Positions 46,744 to 56,951 of a stretch of 62,468 bases of DNA are shown one piece after another. The position numbers were made by a program, and so were the translations under genes. Origin of the DNA: Chloroflexota bacterium (GTDB taxonomy: Bacteria; Chloroflexota; Dehalococcoidia; DSTF01; RBG-16-68-14); contig JADFPV010000005.1 of NCBI GenBank assembly GCA_022562155.1, positions 1 through 62,468 on the forward strand. The letters run 5' to 3'. Every line of letters starts with the position of its first letter. The first letter of the stretch is position 1. The notes beneath the pieces are model-generated. The model saw only the letters and a program-made list of their open reading frames with translations. It did not search any database and was not told the origin of the DNA.

Positions 46744-48137
46744 CAGTCCTGGAGTTGGCGTCGCCACTTGCGGAGCTGCGCGCCGACTTGCCGGGGCGCG
46801 GTGCCCCCGCGTGCCGAACGCGCCCGCAGTGCGTCATCGACGGTGAGCTTGGGGGCGTCTTCCGGGAACAGCTTAGAGAAGCGCTGGAACTCTTGCGATG
46901 TGAGGTCGGAAAACTCCTTACCTTGCCCCTCCGCGTAACGGACGAGCTTGCCGACGACTTCGTGTGCCTGGCGGAACGGTAACCCATTGCGGACCAGCAG
47001 ATCGGCGTAGTCCGTCGCAAGTGCATAGTTCGCGCTGCTGGCTGCGCGGCCACGCGCCTCGTCGAAGGTGAACTCCGGTATCATCGCCGCGAACACCGTG
47101 AGCGTCTCTAGCAGCGTGTCCTCAGCCTCGAAGAACGCGCGTTTGTCCTCCTGCAGGTCGCGGTTGTACGCGAGGGGGAGTCCCTTCAGGGTGGCCAGCA
47201 ATGACTGAAGCAGGCCCTGCACGTGTCCGGTGCGGCCACGCGCCAGCTCGGCGACGTCCGGGTTGCGCTTCTGCGGCATGATGCTCGAGCCGGTCGAGAA
47301 CGCGTCCGGCAGCTTAAGGAAGCCGAACTCGGCGGTCGACCAGAGGACGATCTCCTCCGCGAGCCGAGAGATGTGGGTCATGCAGAGCGCGGCGGCCGCC
47401 ACGAAATCAACAGCGAAATCGCGGTCGGAGACGGCGTCCAGGCTGTTTTCGCAGAGCCTGCTGAAGCCCAACTCCTTCGCCACGCCGTCGCGGTCGATAG
47501 GGTAGGGCACCCCAGCGAGCGCGCCGCTGCCTAGAGGCAGCGCATCGGCTTCGTCGCTCGCGCTCGCGAAACGCTGGATATCGCGTTCGATCATCTCGAC
47601 GTAGGCCAGCAGGTGATGCGCGAGCAGCACCGGCTGCGCACGCTGCAGGTGCGTGTAGCCGGGCATAACGACGCGGCGGTTCGCGTCGGCGAGGTCGAGC
47701 AGCGCGACCTGGAGCCGCTTAGCTGCTTCCATTATGCGGTCGCACGCGGCCATCGCGTAGAGACGCAGGTCCGTGGCCACCTGGTCGTTGCGCGAGCGGG
47801 CCGTATGCAACTTGCCTCCGGTCGCGCCGATCTTCTGAACCAACCGAGCTTCTATGTTCGTGTGGATGTCTTCGAGATCATCGCGCCAGCGAAACTTGCC
47901 GTTCGCGATGTCGCGTCCGATCTCGCGCAATCCGCTGATGATGGCACTGGCCTCCGCTCGCTTGATGATGCGCTGGCGGCCGAGCATGCGGGCGTGCGCG
48001 ATCGAGGCCGCGATCTCCTCGCGCCACATGCGGCGGTCGACGGGCAGCGAGAGCGTGTAGGCGTCGACGAGCGGATGCGTTTTGCCCTGGAAGCGCCCGC
48101 CCCAGGTCTTGCCACTACGCCTCTGTGCTTTCGCCAT
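46743..48137 (-). CDS. argH: Argininosuccinate lyase
   Basis: HTARSRNDQV, PGYTHLQRAQP, GSSIMPQKRNPD. Confidence 0.97.
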   Translation of the reverse strand: MAKAQRRSGKTWGGRFQGKTHPLVDAYTLSLPVDRRMWREEIAASIAHARMLGRQRIIKRAEASAIISGLREIGRDIANGKFRWRDDLEDIHTNIEARLVQKIGATGGKLHTARSRNDQVATDLRLYAMAACDRIMEAAKRLQVALLDLADANRRVVMPGYTHLQRAQPVLLAHHLLAYVEMIERDIQRFASASDEADALPLGSGALAGVPYPIDRDGVAKELGFSRLCENSLDAVSDRDFAVDFVAAAALCMTHISRLAEEIVLWSTAEFGFLKLPDAFSTGSSIMPQKRNPDVAELARGRTGHVQGLLQSLLATLKGLPLAYNRDLQEDKRAFFEAEDTLLETLTVFAAMIPEFTFDEARGRAASSANYALATDYADLLVRNGLPFRQAHEVVGKLVRYAEGQGKEFSDLTSQEFQRFSKLFPEDAPKLTVDDALRARSARGGTAPRQVGAQLRKWRRQLQD

Positions 48138-48139
48138 GG

Positions 48140-48865
48140 TTAGGCCGCCTTCTCGGCGTAGCCGACGTACGACATGCCGGTGTCATCCCCGATAACGAAG
48201 CCGCCGAGCTTCCTGGTACGGGCGAACGAGATGCCGGCTGCGATCGGGTTCTGCTTGAGCGCGAGGCCGCGTGTCTCGCAGTTCCGCAGGCCGTGTCGCG
48301 CCATGATCTCCTCAAGCTCCGCTGGCTTGATGAAGCGCGCGTACTCGTGCGTGTCCGGCGGCGCGATGTGAAAGACGTTCTGCGGCAACCACACCAGCAG
48401 CAAGCGCGACTTCCAGGTGCGATTCACCGTGTCGTAGACGAAGCGACCGCCCGGACGCAGCACGCGAGCGGACTCGCGCACTACCTGTTCAACGTCGTCG
48501 ACGTGCTCCAGCGTATCCGCGGACACGACGGCCTCGAAGCTCTCGTCAGAGAACGGGAAGTGTTCCCCGACAGCGGGTGCGTAGTCGATGCTCAGGCCGG
48601 AATCTCTGGCATGTCTGGTTGCGGCCGCTATCGAGGCCGCGGAGCGGTCGATCGCCGTGACGGACGCGCCGCGGCGGGCATACTCCTCAGCCATGAGCCC
48701 GCCGCCGCAGCCAAGCTCCAGCAAGCGCATTCCGTGCAGGTCGCCAAGGACGCCGCAGAAGTACTCTACGCGTACGGGGTTGATCTCATGCAGCGGCCCG
48801 ACAACGCCATCTGGGTCCCACCAGGCGTCTCCTAGGTCGTGGTACCACTCATTGTCGACCGGCAT
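48140..48865 (-). CDS. UbiG-family O-methyltransferase
   Basis: WWDPDG...LHEINPVR, LELGCGGGL, FIKPAEL. Confidence 0.8.
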   Translation of the reverse strand: MPVDNEWYHDLGDAWWDPDGVVGPLHEINPVRVEYFCGVLGDLHGMRLLELGCGGGLMAEEYARRGASVTAIDRSAASIAAATRHARDSGLSIDYAPAVGEHFPFSDESFEAVVSADTLEHVDDVEQVVRESARVLRPGGRFVYDTVNRTWKSRLLLVWLPQNVFHIAPPDTHEYARFIKPAELEEIMARHGLRNCETRGLALKQNPIAAGISFARTRKLGGFVIGDDTGMSYVGYAEKAA

Positions 48866-48868
48866 TGC

Positions 48869-49639
48869 TTAGCCGGCCGGAGTTCGGCCGTTCTTCTCGA
48901 AGATGGGGAGTTGGAGCAGTTCGTTCAGTTCGTCGATCACGAAGTCCGGCTCCACATGGTCGACGTTCGTCTCGTCGATCTCATGGTGCCTGTTCCAGAT
49001 GCCCGCTATACCGAGTGCCTGTGCGCCGGCGACATCGGCCTTGAGTGAGTCGCCAACCATGACCGCCTCTTCCGGTGTGACGCCCATCGCTTCCAGCGCG
49101 TGCTCGAAGATCTTGCGATGCGGCTTCATATAGCCGAGGTCGCACGATATCGACATCACGTCGAAGTAGTCATCCAAGCCAAGGCTGGAAACCTCCTCGA
49201 CAAACGTTGGACCGCTATAGGGGCGGTTCGTCACGCAGCCGAAACGCAGTCCGCGGCTCCGCAGTTCGTCCAGCGTGTCGATGGCGTCCTCGAAGAGGCG
49301 GCGCCCGAAGAACGAACCCTCCAAGTTCCAGGTGTGCCACAGCTCCGCGCTCTGCTCGAGTGAAATTTCGAGGCCTTTCTTGGCGACGATGTCTTGCACG
49401 ACCGCTGGAATGTCCGGACTGAGTTGATCACTCTCGAATGCTGCTTCATCCGCGGCGCCTACGCCGAGCCTGAGGTCGCGGCCGAGGAACCGCAGCTCGC
49501 CTTCCGGCTTGACGCCCCATCTCCCCAGCAGCCCGAAGATACGCCGCACTGTCTCCTTGCGGATCTCGTCAACGGGCGGCCGCTCCGGAATGTGCCAGAG
49601 CGTGTTTCCCAGATCGAACAGGATGGCTTTCTTCGTCAT
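48869..49639 (-). CDS. HAD family hydrolase
   Basis: FDLGNTL, KPHRKIF, VGDSLKADVAGA. Confidence 0.9.
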   Translation of the reverse strand: MTKKAILFDLGNTLWHIPERPPVDEIRKETVRRIFGLLGRWGVKPEGELRFLGRDLRLGVGAADEAAFESDQLSPDIPAVVQDIVAKKGLEISLEQSAELWHTWNLEGSFFGRRLFEDAIDTLDELRSRGLRFGCVTNRPYSGPTFVEEVSSLGLDDYFDVMSISCDLGYMKPHRKIFEHALEAMGVTPEEAVMVGDSLKADVAGAQALGIAGIWNRHHEIDETNVDHVEPDFVIDELNELLQLPIFEKNGRTPAG

Positions 49640-49720
49640 AGGTCACCATGCTACCGAACGCGCAGATGCGGGGCTAGGTCGAGCAGGCGTTAGTTGACAG
49701 CCTTGGGCGACAGTGGGAGA

Positions 49721-50689
49721 ATGGAGCGCGGACGGAGCGCCGGTATGAGAGCCCTCGTACTCCTTGTTGCATTCATTGTGCTCACCGTGTTAGTGCCGCC
49801 GGGACGCGACGCGGCGGCGAAAGGGGCGCCAGTTGGCATCTCGCCTGACAGCGGTGAGTTGGGGACTGTGGTGGAGGTTTGGAGCGAGAGCTGGCCGCCG
49901 GATACAGAAGTGCGGCTGTACGCTGCCTTCACTACGTCCGCCGCGGAGCGCTATCCGGGTCCTTCCGAGTATGTCGGGCCCATCCGCATCGTGCGTTCGG
50001 ACTCTGACGGCGTTTGGCAGACCCAGGTTGCGACCGACGACATCCCTGGCCTAGCCCCGCCCGGTGAGCCCGGGTTCCTCTTTTTCCGCGCCGATTCCGA
50101 CGATCTCCCCGCGTTTCTGGAAGGCAACGCGACCGACTTCGTCGTGGAACACCAGGGGCTCCGCCCGCCCGGCAGCGGCGAGATCAGGCTCTCTATCGCT
50201 CTGGCGAGCGGAGGATCAGTGCCGGCGGGTGTCTTCGGCTGGCGCCGAGCCGACGCCCCCTGGTTCTTTTCGCCGTACGGAGTGATCCCCGTCCCGTTCG
50301 AGACGACTATCAGCAGCCTCGCGGACGGTGAGTGGGAGATCGTGGCGATGACCCGAGCTGGGTCGGAGCCGATCGGCGAAGGGACATACGACCTGGGAGG
50401 AGCCTCGCTCTGCTTCAACCCGTCGTGCGCCGGAGGCACGCCTATCGTACAGGTGCACTCCGCCTTCCGCGTGACGATCGAGAATGCTCAGATTGTGGAG
50501 GCCAACGTCGTGCTTGGCACGCTCCGCAGCGATGAACCACCAGCACAGCAGGAAAGGGTCGACCCGCTGGTCGCCACTGTTCCGCCTAGCGAGGATGGCC
50601 GCACTGCCCTCATTGCGGGCGCGAGTGTGCTACTCGCGATACTTGCCGCGGGGACTGTGCTCGTACGGTCACGTCGCGTCGCGCGCTAG
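49721..50689 (+). CDS. Exported protein with C-terminal membrane anchor
   Basis: Signal-like N-terminus; C-terminal TM plus RSRRVAR tail. Confidence 0.7.
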   Translation: MERGRSAGMRALVLLVAFIVLTVLVPPGRDAAAKGAPVGISPDSGELGTVVEVWSESWPPDTEVRLYAAFTTSAAERYPGPSEYVGPIRIVRSDSDGVWQTQVATDDIPGLAPPGEPGFLFFRADSDDLPAFLEGNATDFVVEHQGLRPPGSGEIRLSIALASGGSVPAGVFGWRRADAPWFFSPYGVIPVPFETTISSLADGEWEIVAMTRAGSEPIGEGTYDLGGASLCFNPSCAGGTPIVQVHSAFRVTIENAQIVEANVVLGTLRSDEPPAQQERVDPLVATVPPSEDGRTALIAGASVLLAILAAGTVLVRSRRVAR

Positions 50690-50727
50690 TTGACGACAGT
50701 GGGAGATTTGTCGCAGGCGGAATTGTC

Positions 50728-51684
50728 ATGAGATCGCTTCTGTTCGCTGCCGTCCTAGCCATGGCCGTGATTGGTGCCTTGGGTCTGAGCGTGTCCGAAG
50801 AAGTCGCGTATGCCAAAGGAACGGCGATTGGGTTCACTCCGGACGCCGGTCCCGCGCACGAAGAGGTGATGGTGTCGGGCGGTAGCTGGCCGGAAAACAC
50901 CGAAGTGCGGCTCTTCGCGGCGTTCTCACCGATCATGGAAGGAAGCTATCCCCATGCTGACGAGTTCGTGGGTCCCTTCGAGGTTGTTCGTTCAGATACG
51001 GAAGGGCGCTGGGAGGCGCAGATTACCCCAGACACTATCGCAGGACTCGACCTACCCGGAGAGCCCGGATTCCTGATCGTGAGGGCGGAGTCCGACGACT
51101 TGCCGCTCTATCTGGAGGGGGCCAATTCCAACCACTTCGTGTTGACCGTGGACGGCCAACGTCCGGCAGGCTCTGGGAAGATAGAAGTCTCTTTCACATT
51201 CGAGTCGGAGCAGCCACGCGTGCGTTACGGCGGATTCGGTTGGCGTCGCGTTGGCAACGACAGCTTCTACTCGCCCTATCAGACAGGCCTCTCATTGCCT
51301 GGAACACGGACCACATCATCCTTGTCAGATGGTGATTACGAGGTAGCTCTTAGCCTTCCTGACGACTTAGAGATTTCCATCGGAGATCATTTCAGGCTGG
51401 ATAGTGGCCCAATGTGTGATGGTCTGGAGGGCGTTCCCTGCTACCGAGCGAATAGATTGTTTGTCCTCAACATCTCGGTCGTCAATGCAGAGATCGCGCA
51501 TGCCGATATCGTCCTGAGGCGGATAGCCACTGTCCAACCAGTGGACCTCGCAATCGACGCTCTGGTCGCCATTGCTCCGCCTAGCGAGGATGGCCGCACT
51601 GCCCTCATCGCGGGCGCGAGCGCGCTGCTTGCGATCCTTGCCGCGGGGACGGCGGTACTCAGATACTGTCGCGTCGCGCGCTAG
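50728..51684 (+). CDS. Exported protein with C-terminal membrane anchor (paralog of the preceding gene)
   Basis: Shared SWPxxTEVRLxAAF, PGEPGFL..RAxSDDLP, PPSEDGRTALIAGAS. Confidence 0.7.
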   Translation: MRSLLFAAVLAMAVIGALGLSVSEEVAYAKGTAIGFTPDAGPAHEEVMVSGGSWPENTEVRLFAAFSPIMEGSYPHADEFVGPFEVVRSDTEGRWEAQITPDTIAGLDLPGEPGFLIVRAESDDLPLYLEGANSNHFVLTVDGQRPAGSGKIEVSFTFESEQPRVRYGGFGWRRVGNDSFYSPYQTGLSLPGTRTTSSLSDGDYEVALSLPDDLEISIGDHFRLDSGPMCDGLEGVPCYRANRLFVLNISVVNAEIAHADIVLRRIATVQPVDLAIDALVAIAPPSEDGRTALIAGASALLAILAAGTAVLRYCRVAR

Positions 51685-52481
51685 TAGCGCTCCGCGTTGC
51701 CGTCTGCGTGTGGTGTGGGGCTTTGTGCAGCCTGGGCCAGGTTTCCCTCTGGTAAGAGGCCGAGGGTGAACAACTCCCAGAGGTCGTGGATCGTGTAGTC
51801 GGCCTCGTCGGCAGGGGGAACCTCCTGGCGCCCGTTCAGCTTCCAGACTGTCGTCATGCCGAGCGCCTTCGCGCCCATGATGTCGACGTCGAGCACGTCA
51901 CCGACGAACACGCAGTCTGCGGCTCCCACATCCAGCACGTCGAGCGCTCGCAGGAACGGCTCCGGCCTTGGCTTGGGGCGCATCACGTCGGCCGAAAACA
52001 CGAAGGCGTCGAACAGCCTTTCGGGAAGGTCCAGCTTGTGGAGGAGCGGCACGCGCGTATCGGCGGTGTAGTAGCTGTTCGATACAAGTCCGACCTTCAC
52101 CGGCATAGCGCGAAGCTTGCGGAGCGTATCGAGCGAGTCAGGGAAGAGCTGCCAGCCCCACAGCGGTAAGCCCACGGCCGATGCCTTCCAGAACTCGCGC
52201 GCCTGTTCCTCGGAAGACTCGAATCCATGAGCCGCTAGCGCGCCCTGAGTAACGAACGGCCCATCGACCTCCAGCCCCCGCGACCGGCGCTCGCTCTGGG
52301 CCTCCTCGACAGCCTGATAGAGGTCGCCCAATAGCCCAACGGCGTCGATCCTGGTATTCCATTTCTTGAGGAGGGGGCGAACCTGTGCGGCCATCGCCTC
52401 GTAGAGCGCGGCTTCGTCGGGTTGGTGGGCCTGGAAGATCAAGGTGTCGCCGAAATCGAAGAGGACGGCGCGGACGGGCAT
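51681..52481 (-). CDS. HAD family hydrolase
   Basis: FDFGDTL, KPRPEPF, VGDVLDVDIMGA. Confidence 0.9.
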   Translation of the reverse strand: MPVRAVLFDFGDTLIFQAHQPDEAALYEAMAAQVRPLLKKWNTRIDAVGLLGDLYQAVEEAQSERRSRGLEVDGPFVTQGALAAHGFESSEEQAREFWKASAVGLPLWGWQLFPDSLDTLRKLRAMPVKVGLVSNSYYTADTRVPLLHKLDLPERLFDAFVFSADVMRPKPRPEPFLRALDVLDVGAADCVFVGDVLDVDIMGAKALGMTTVWKLNGRQEVPPADEADYTIHDLWELFTLGLLPEGNLAQAAQSPTPHADGNAERY

Positions 52482-52564
52482 ACGCTGATCCTATCGCATC
52501 CTTCGTTGCTGGCCCGCAGGCCGTGGTAGAATGCCCTTGGAGAGTGAGAACGACCTTGATTGGC

Positions 52565-52996
52565 ATGGACAACGACTTCGATCTGGACCATGGCCAGATC
52601 ATCAACACGATCCGTAAGGCAGAGGTCGTCACCTTCCGCTTCGTCGTCGTCAGCGAGCGGTTGCTCTTTGACACGCGGTCGTCAGAGATCGATCCGCCGC
52701 TCGTGAAGCTTGTGCCACGGGCGACGAGTGTGGCGGACCGGTTTCGCTCGCTCAAGCAGCTCCGCCCTCGGTTCAAACTCCCTCAGAAGATCAGCGCTGT
52801 GTGGTGGCCGAAATCGATCGACAGTTTGGTGAGCCACGGCGTTTGGGATGCCATCGTCGAGCGCGTCGACAGCGCCGGCTTCGCAGAGGCGGCGCGGGAA
52901 TACGCGGGCGTGTTGGAGGAGCTACGGGCTTCCGAGCGCAAGGAGTTGCACAACGCCCTCACCGGCGATGGCTACCAGTCCCTCTGGGAGCGTTAG
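52565..52996 (+). CDS. Conserved hypothetical protein
   Basis: Coding-like from MDNDFDL; sits directly upstream of the zincin gene. Confidence 0.65.
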   Translation: MDNDFDLDHGQIINTIRKAEVVTFRFVVVSERLLFDTRSSEIDPPLVKLVPRATSVADRFRSLKQLRPRFKLPQKISAVWWPKSIDSLVSHGVWDAIVERVDSAGFAEAAREYAGVLEELRASERKELHNALTGDGYQSLWER

Positions 52997-53005
52997 CTCC
53001 TAGCG

Positions 53006-53374
53006 ATGCAGCGCGGACGCTTCCTAAAGCTTGTCCGCAGGGCGCTGGCGGAGGTGCCTGACCCGTTTGCCACCTGGCTGGAGAACGTCGACGTTCTTGT
53101 TGAGAAGCGCCCAACCAAACGACAACGGCAGGAGCTGGGCCTCCAGCCCGGCGAGACGCTCTTTGGCCTCTACGAAGGCATTCCCCAGACAGAGCGCGAC
53201 AGCGGTTACGGCATGGTCCTGCCGGACACGATTACGATTTTCCAAGAGCCGCTGGAGCAAACATTTCGCGACGACGCCGAACTCGTCGAAGAGGTGCGCC
53301 TCACCGTGCTGCACGAGCTGGCTCATTTCTTCGGGATGTCGGACGACGAGCTGCACAGACTGGGCCTCGACTGA
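53006..53374 (+). CDS. Zincin-like metallopeptidase (Zincin_1/DUF1025)
   Basis: LFGLYEGIP, PDTITIF, TVLHELAHFFG. Confidence 0.92.
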   Translation: MQRGRFLKLVRRALAEVPDPFATWLENVDVLVEKRPTKRQRQELGLQPGETLFGLYEGIPQTERDSGYGMVLPDTITIFQEPLEQTFRDDAELVEEVRLTVLHELAHFFGMSDDELHRLGLD

Positions 53375-53418
53375 CTCCAAGTTACCGGAATCTCAACTTC
53401 CTGCCGATACTAAAACCC

Positions 53419-53640
53419 ATGAGGGAAACTGTTGCGTTCATCTGCGAGGACATGGTCGCTTACGGGGCTTACCTGCGAGGAGCGATCCGTGGTGAGCGGG
53501 AGCAGACGCTGGCGGAGTACAGTCTGATCATTACGGTGATTGCTGTTGGCGTAGTAGTGACTTCGGTGGCCGTATTTCGGGGAGCACTTGCTGGCGCGTT
53601 CACCACCGTGGCCGACTGTATCACCGCAACTACCTGCTAA
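53419..53640 (+). CDS. Flp family type IVb pilin
   Basis: QTLAEYSLII followed by a hydrophobic helix; start may be the ATG at ~53452. Confidence 0.75.
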   Translation: MRETVAFICEDMVAYGAYLRGAIRGEREQTLAEYSLIITVIAVGVVVTSVAVFRGALAGAFTTVADCITATTC

Positions 53641-53668
53641 TGCTCAGGGCGCAGTCGCGGTCGTTAGC

Positions 53669-55159
53669 CTAGGTATCGGCCCGCAAAAGAAACTGGCCTG
53701 ACGGGGCCGGCCTGACCTTGCCGTTCTCAACCACAACCTGGCCGTTCACGATGACGTGTGAGATGCCCGTCGGATGCTGGCGCGGCTCTTCGTAGGTGGA
53801 GGTCTCCACGATCTTGGCCGGATCGAAGATGACGAGGTCGGCCCAAGCTCCTTCTCTGATCTCGCCGCGGTCTGCGAGCATGAATGTCTTTGCCGGCAGG
53901 GACGTCATCTTGCGCACCCCCTCCTCTAGGGAGAAGATGCCTTCCTCCCGCACGTAACGTTCAAGCACCCGTGGGAAGGTGCCGTAGAGCCGGGGGTGCG
54001 GCTTACCGGTCGGGGAGGGGATACCGTCGGAGCCGATCATGCACTGCGGATGTTGGAGGACGCGCCGGACGTCTCCTTCTTCCATGATGAACATCACCGC
54101 GACGACAGCCTGCTCCTCGTCGTTCAGGAGCTTTGGCACGGCGTCTTCGACAGGCAGGTCCATCATGTCCGCGATTTCGTCTAGACGTTTGCCTTCGTAC
54201 TCGTGTTGGTGCTTGACGGACGCCACCATCACATCGTGTGGGTCCATCGCCCTGATCAGGCGGCCGTTTCGCGTCAGCGCCGCGAGCGCCGTGCTGGCCG
54301 CTGTATAAGGGTAGGCGTCCATCGTGACCTCGACACCGCGCTCGCGTGCCTCGTCGATCACGGCCAGCGAATGCTTCGTCAGGCCCCAGTTGTCACGGCC
54401 GCTCGCTTTGTGATGTGAGATCTGAACGGGCGTTCCGGTTTCTTCGCCGATACGGATCGCTTCTCGTACTGAGTCGAGTAAGCCAGGCCCCTCATTCCGG
54501 ATGTGGCTGACGTAGATGCCACCGTGTTCGGCGACCACGTGGTTCAACTCGATCAATTCTTCAGTCTTCGCGAACGCGCCGGGCACGTACGTGAGGCCGG
54601 TCGATAGCCCGAGGGCGCCAGCGGCCATCCCCTCCGCGAGATGTTCTTTCATCTTGCCGAGTTCGGCGTCGGTCGGGGCGCGATGCTCCCAGCCCATCGT
54701 GCTCACTCGCAACGTGCCGTGAGGCACGAGGAACGCCGCGTTGGGCGTGGGCTTCGCCGCCCGGACCGCCTCGTAGAACTCGCCGATCGTCTGCCAGGAG
54801 AAGTGGGGTACGGGCCCTAGCACGCCTTCGATGCCACGGGCAAAGAATTCATGCACGTGTTCGTTGGCGGGCGCGGCGCCAAGGCCGCAGTTGCCGCAGA
54901 TGACAGTCGTCACGCCCTGCGCTGTTTTGAAATCTAGCGATGGTGTGTTGAGCAGGGCCACGTCATCGTGGCAATGGACATCGATGAACCCCGGAGCCAC
55001 CGACGAGCCGGAGGCGTCGATCTCGCGATCGGCGGTGCCATCAATGTTACCAACCATTGCGACTTTGCCATCCTTGACCGCCACATCGCCCGCACGAGCA
55101 GGCGCGCCCGTGCCATCGATGAGGCTGCCTCCGCGAATGAGCAGGTCGAACGGGCTCAT
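53669..55159 (-). CDS. N-acyl-D-amino-acid deacylase family amidohydrolase
   Basis: PGFIDVHCH, GNCG, SHIRNE, ISHHK, PHPRLYGTFPR. Confidence 0.92.
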   Translation of the reverse strand: MSPFDLLIRGGSLIDGTGAPARAGDVAVKDGKVAMVGNIDGTADREIDASGSSVAPGFIDVHCHDDVALLNTPSLDFKTAQGVTTVICGNCGLGAAPANEHVHEFFARGIEGVLGPVPHFSWQTIGEFYEAVRAAKPTPNAAFLVPHGTLRVSTMGWEHRAPTDAELGKMKEHLAEGMAAGALGLSTGLTYVPGAFAKTEELIELNHVVAEHGGIYVSHIRNEGPGLLDSVREAIRIGEETGTPVQISHHKASGRDNWGLTKHSLAVIDEARERGVEVTMDAYPYTAASTALAALTRNGRLIRAMDPHDVMVASVKHQHEYEGKRLDEIADMMDLPVEDAVPKLLNDEEQAVVAVMFIMEEGDVRRVLQHPQCMIGSDGIPSPTGKPHPRLYGTFPRVLERYVREEGIFSLEEGVRKMTSLPAKTFMLADRGEIREGAWADLVIFDPAKIVETSTYEEPRQHPTGISHVIVNGQVVVENGKVRPAPSGQFLLRADT

Positions 55160-55217
55160 AGCGCGGCAAGCCTACCGCACGGTGTGAGCAGGCGGCAACA
55201 GGTGGGCCTTGCTTGGT

Positions 55218-56951
55218 CTAGGCGGCTTCTCGCTTGCCGGGGTGGACGAAGGGGCTTGCGACCTGGCTGGCGAGGATCTCGCGGAGGGCGCCTTGCTCGA
55301 AGAGCGCGTGGAACGCTTCGACGACTTGTGGTGAGAATTGGCGCCTGGCATGCGACTCGATCTCGGCCAGCGCCTTGTCGGCCGGCCAAGCGTGCTTGTA
55401 TGGCCTGGGAGAGGTGAGCGCGTCGAAGACGTCGGCCACCGTGACGATCTGCACGGCGAGCGGGATCTCGTCGCCGGAGATGCCGTCGGGGTAGCCGCCG
55501 CCATCCCACCGCTCGTGATGCCAGCGAGCGATCTGCAGCGAGACCTGGGGGATGTTGGAGTGCGCCAGGATCTCTTCGCCATAGAGCGGGTGCTGTCGGA
55601 TCAAGTCCCATTCCCGTTTGTCGAGACTTCCCGGCTTGAGCAATATGGAGTCGGGCACGCGGAGCTTGCCCACATCGTGCAGGCCGGCCCCGAACCGGAG
55701 TGCCTCGACGTCCTCAGGCGAAAGCTCAAGCTCCGTCGCCAGTGTCGTTGTGTACGCCTCGATGTTTCTGAGGTGCTGGCCCGTGAACGGGTCCCGCGCT
55801 TCGGCTGCGTAGGCAAGCGTTTGCACCGTCGCGTGGTGGCTGGCGGTCAGGCTCGCGTTTGCGTCCTGAACCTCTTCGAACAGGCGTACGCTCTTGAGGA
55901 TGGCTGCGATGTGGCTGGCCAGCGCGGTGAACACGCGCAGGCGTTCCCACGTTTCGCTTTCGCTGTACGTACTCGTGATCCTGAGCGTACCGAGGTACTC
56001 GTCACCGTACGCAAGTGGTATCTGAACCAGGAAACGGATGCCGGTTTCGATCATCCAACGCTTGCTCTGCTCCTCCATGGTGGATAGTTGCGCCGGGTCA
56101 GCAAAGAGAAGCGGGCCCTCACGCCCTTCAAAGAAGCGTCTGGTCTCGTCCAGCGCGTCGTCGGTCGCGTAGAACTGGAGTGCCCAGTCGACATACTCCT
56201 CGGAGTACGCGGCTTCGTCGACGGCGAGCGCGGCAGGGTTCTGTCCACTGGCGGTCTTCGTGCCCTGGGCGACGAGTCCAATGGACGTGAATCCCGTCGC
56301 CGCGCGGGCCCGCTCGACGACGTCCTGTAAGCGTTCGGAGAACGGCCGCTGTTGGGTGAGGATGCTACTGAGCTCCTCCAGCAGGTGCAGTTCGTTGGCG
56401 TCGCTCAGCGCCCACGCTCGGCCCACGGTCTGCTGAAGCGCAGGTGATGCCAGCTGGGCGATCGACTGGGTCACCTCTTTGCTCGGCGGCTTGGCGTTGT
56501 GTTGGGGCGAACCAATCATCCACAGGATCCCGACGACTTGTTTGTCCTGGTACAGCTCGACGGCTGTGGACCAAGAATCCGGGTAGAGCAGTTCCATGAT
56601 GGAGTCGGGCAGAGGATTGGCGTCTTCCCACTCCGCCATCGTTGTGGATACGCCGCCCGTGCTCATCAGCCGTGTCGTGTTGACGCCAACTTGCTTCTCC
56701 ATGTAGGCGTTGATGAACGCGTCTCGCAGCTCATCGGTGCGGAAATAGACGGCGATGGACGCGTCTTCCTCGTTACGGGTGGGGAAGATGCCGCATGCGT
56801 CGAGCGACAGCGTCACTCCGACCACATCGATAACCTGCTGGGGTGTTGGATTGCCGTCCGCAGCCTCGTTGAGTGCCAGCAGCAGCCGCCCGCTGGTCTG
56901 GACGTCCCAAGGCTGGTCACCGTGGCTGGAGGCCTGCTTACGTTTTCCCAT
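55218..56951 (-). CDS. GAF + HD-GYP cyclic-dinucleotide phosphodiesterase
   Basis: LHDVGK, HHERWDGGGYPDG, VADVFDAL..RPYK; likely start MGKRKQ. Confidence 0.92.
   Translation of the reverse strand: MGKRKQASSHGDQPWDVQTSGRLLLALNEAADGNPTPQQVIDVVGVTLSLDACGIFPTRNEEDASIAVYFRTDELRDAFINAYMEKQVGVNTTRLMSTGGVSTTMAEWEDANPLPDSIMELLYPDSWSTAVELYQDKQVVGILWMIGSPQHNAKPPSKEVTQSIAQLASPALQQTVGRAWALSDANELHLLEELSSILTQQRPFSERLQDVVERARAATGFTSIGLVAQGTKTASGQNPAALAVDEAAYSEEYVDWALQFYATDDALDETRRFFEGREGPLLFADPAQLSTMEEQSKRWMIETGIRFLVQIPLAYGDEYLGTLRITSTYSESETWERLRVFTALASHIAAILKSVRLFEEVQDANASLTASHHATVQTLAYAAEARDPFTGQHLRNIEAYTTTLATELELSPEDVEALRFGAGLHDVGKLRVPDSILLKPGSLDKREWDLIRQHPLYGEEILAHSNIPQVSLQIARWHHERWDGGGYPDGISGDEIPLAVQIVTVADVFDALTSPRPYKHAWPADKALAEIESHARRQFSPQVVEAFHALFEQGALREILASQVASPFVHPGKREAA

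Noticed and set aside
53375-53418. Sigma28-type promoter (GCCGATAC) before the pilin
   Set aside because: No -35 element at the proper spacing.
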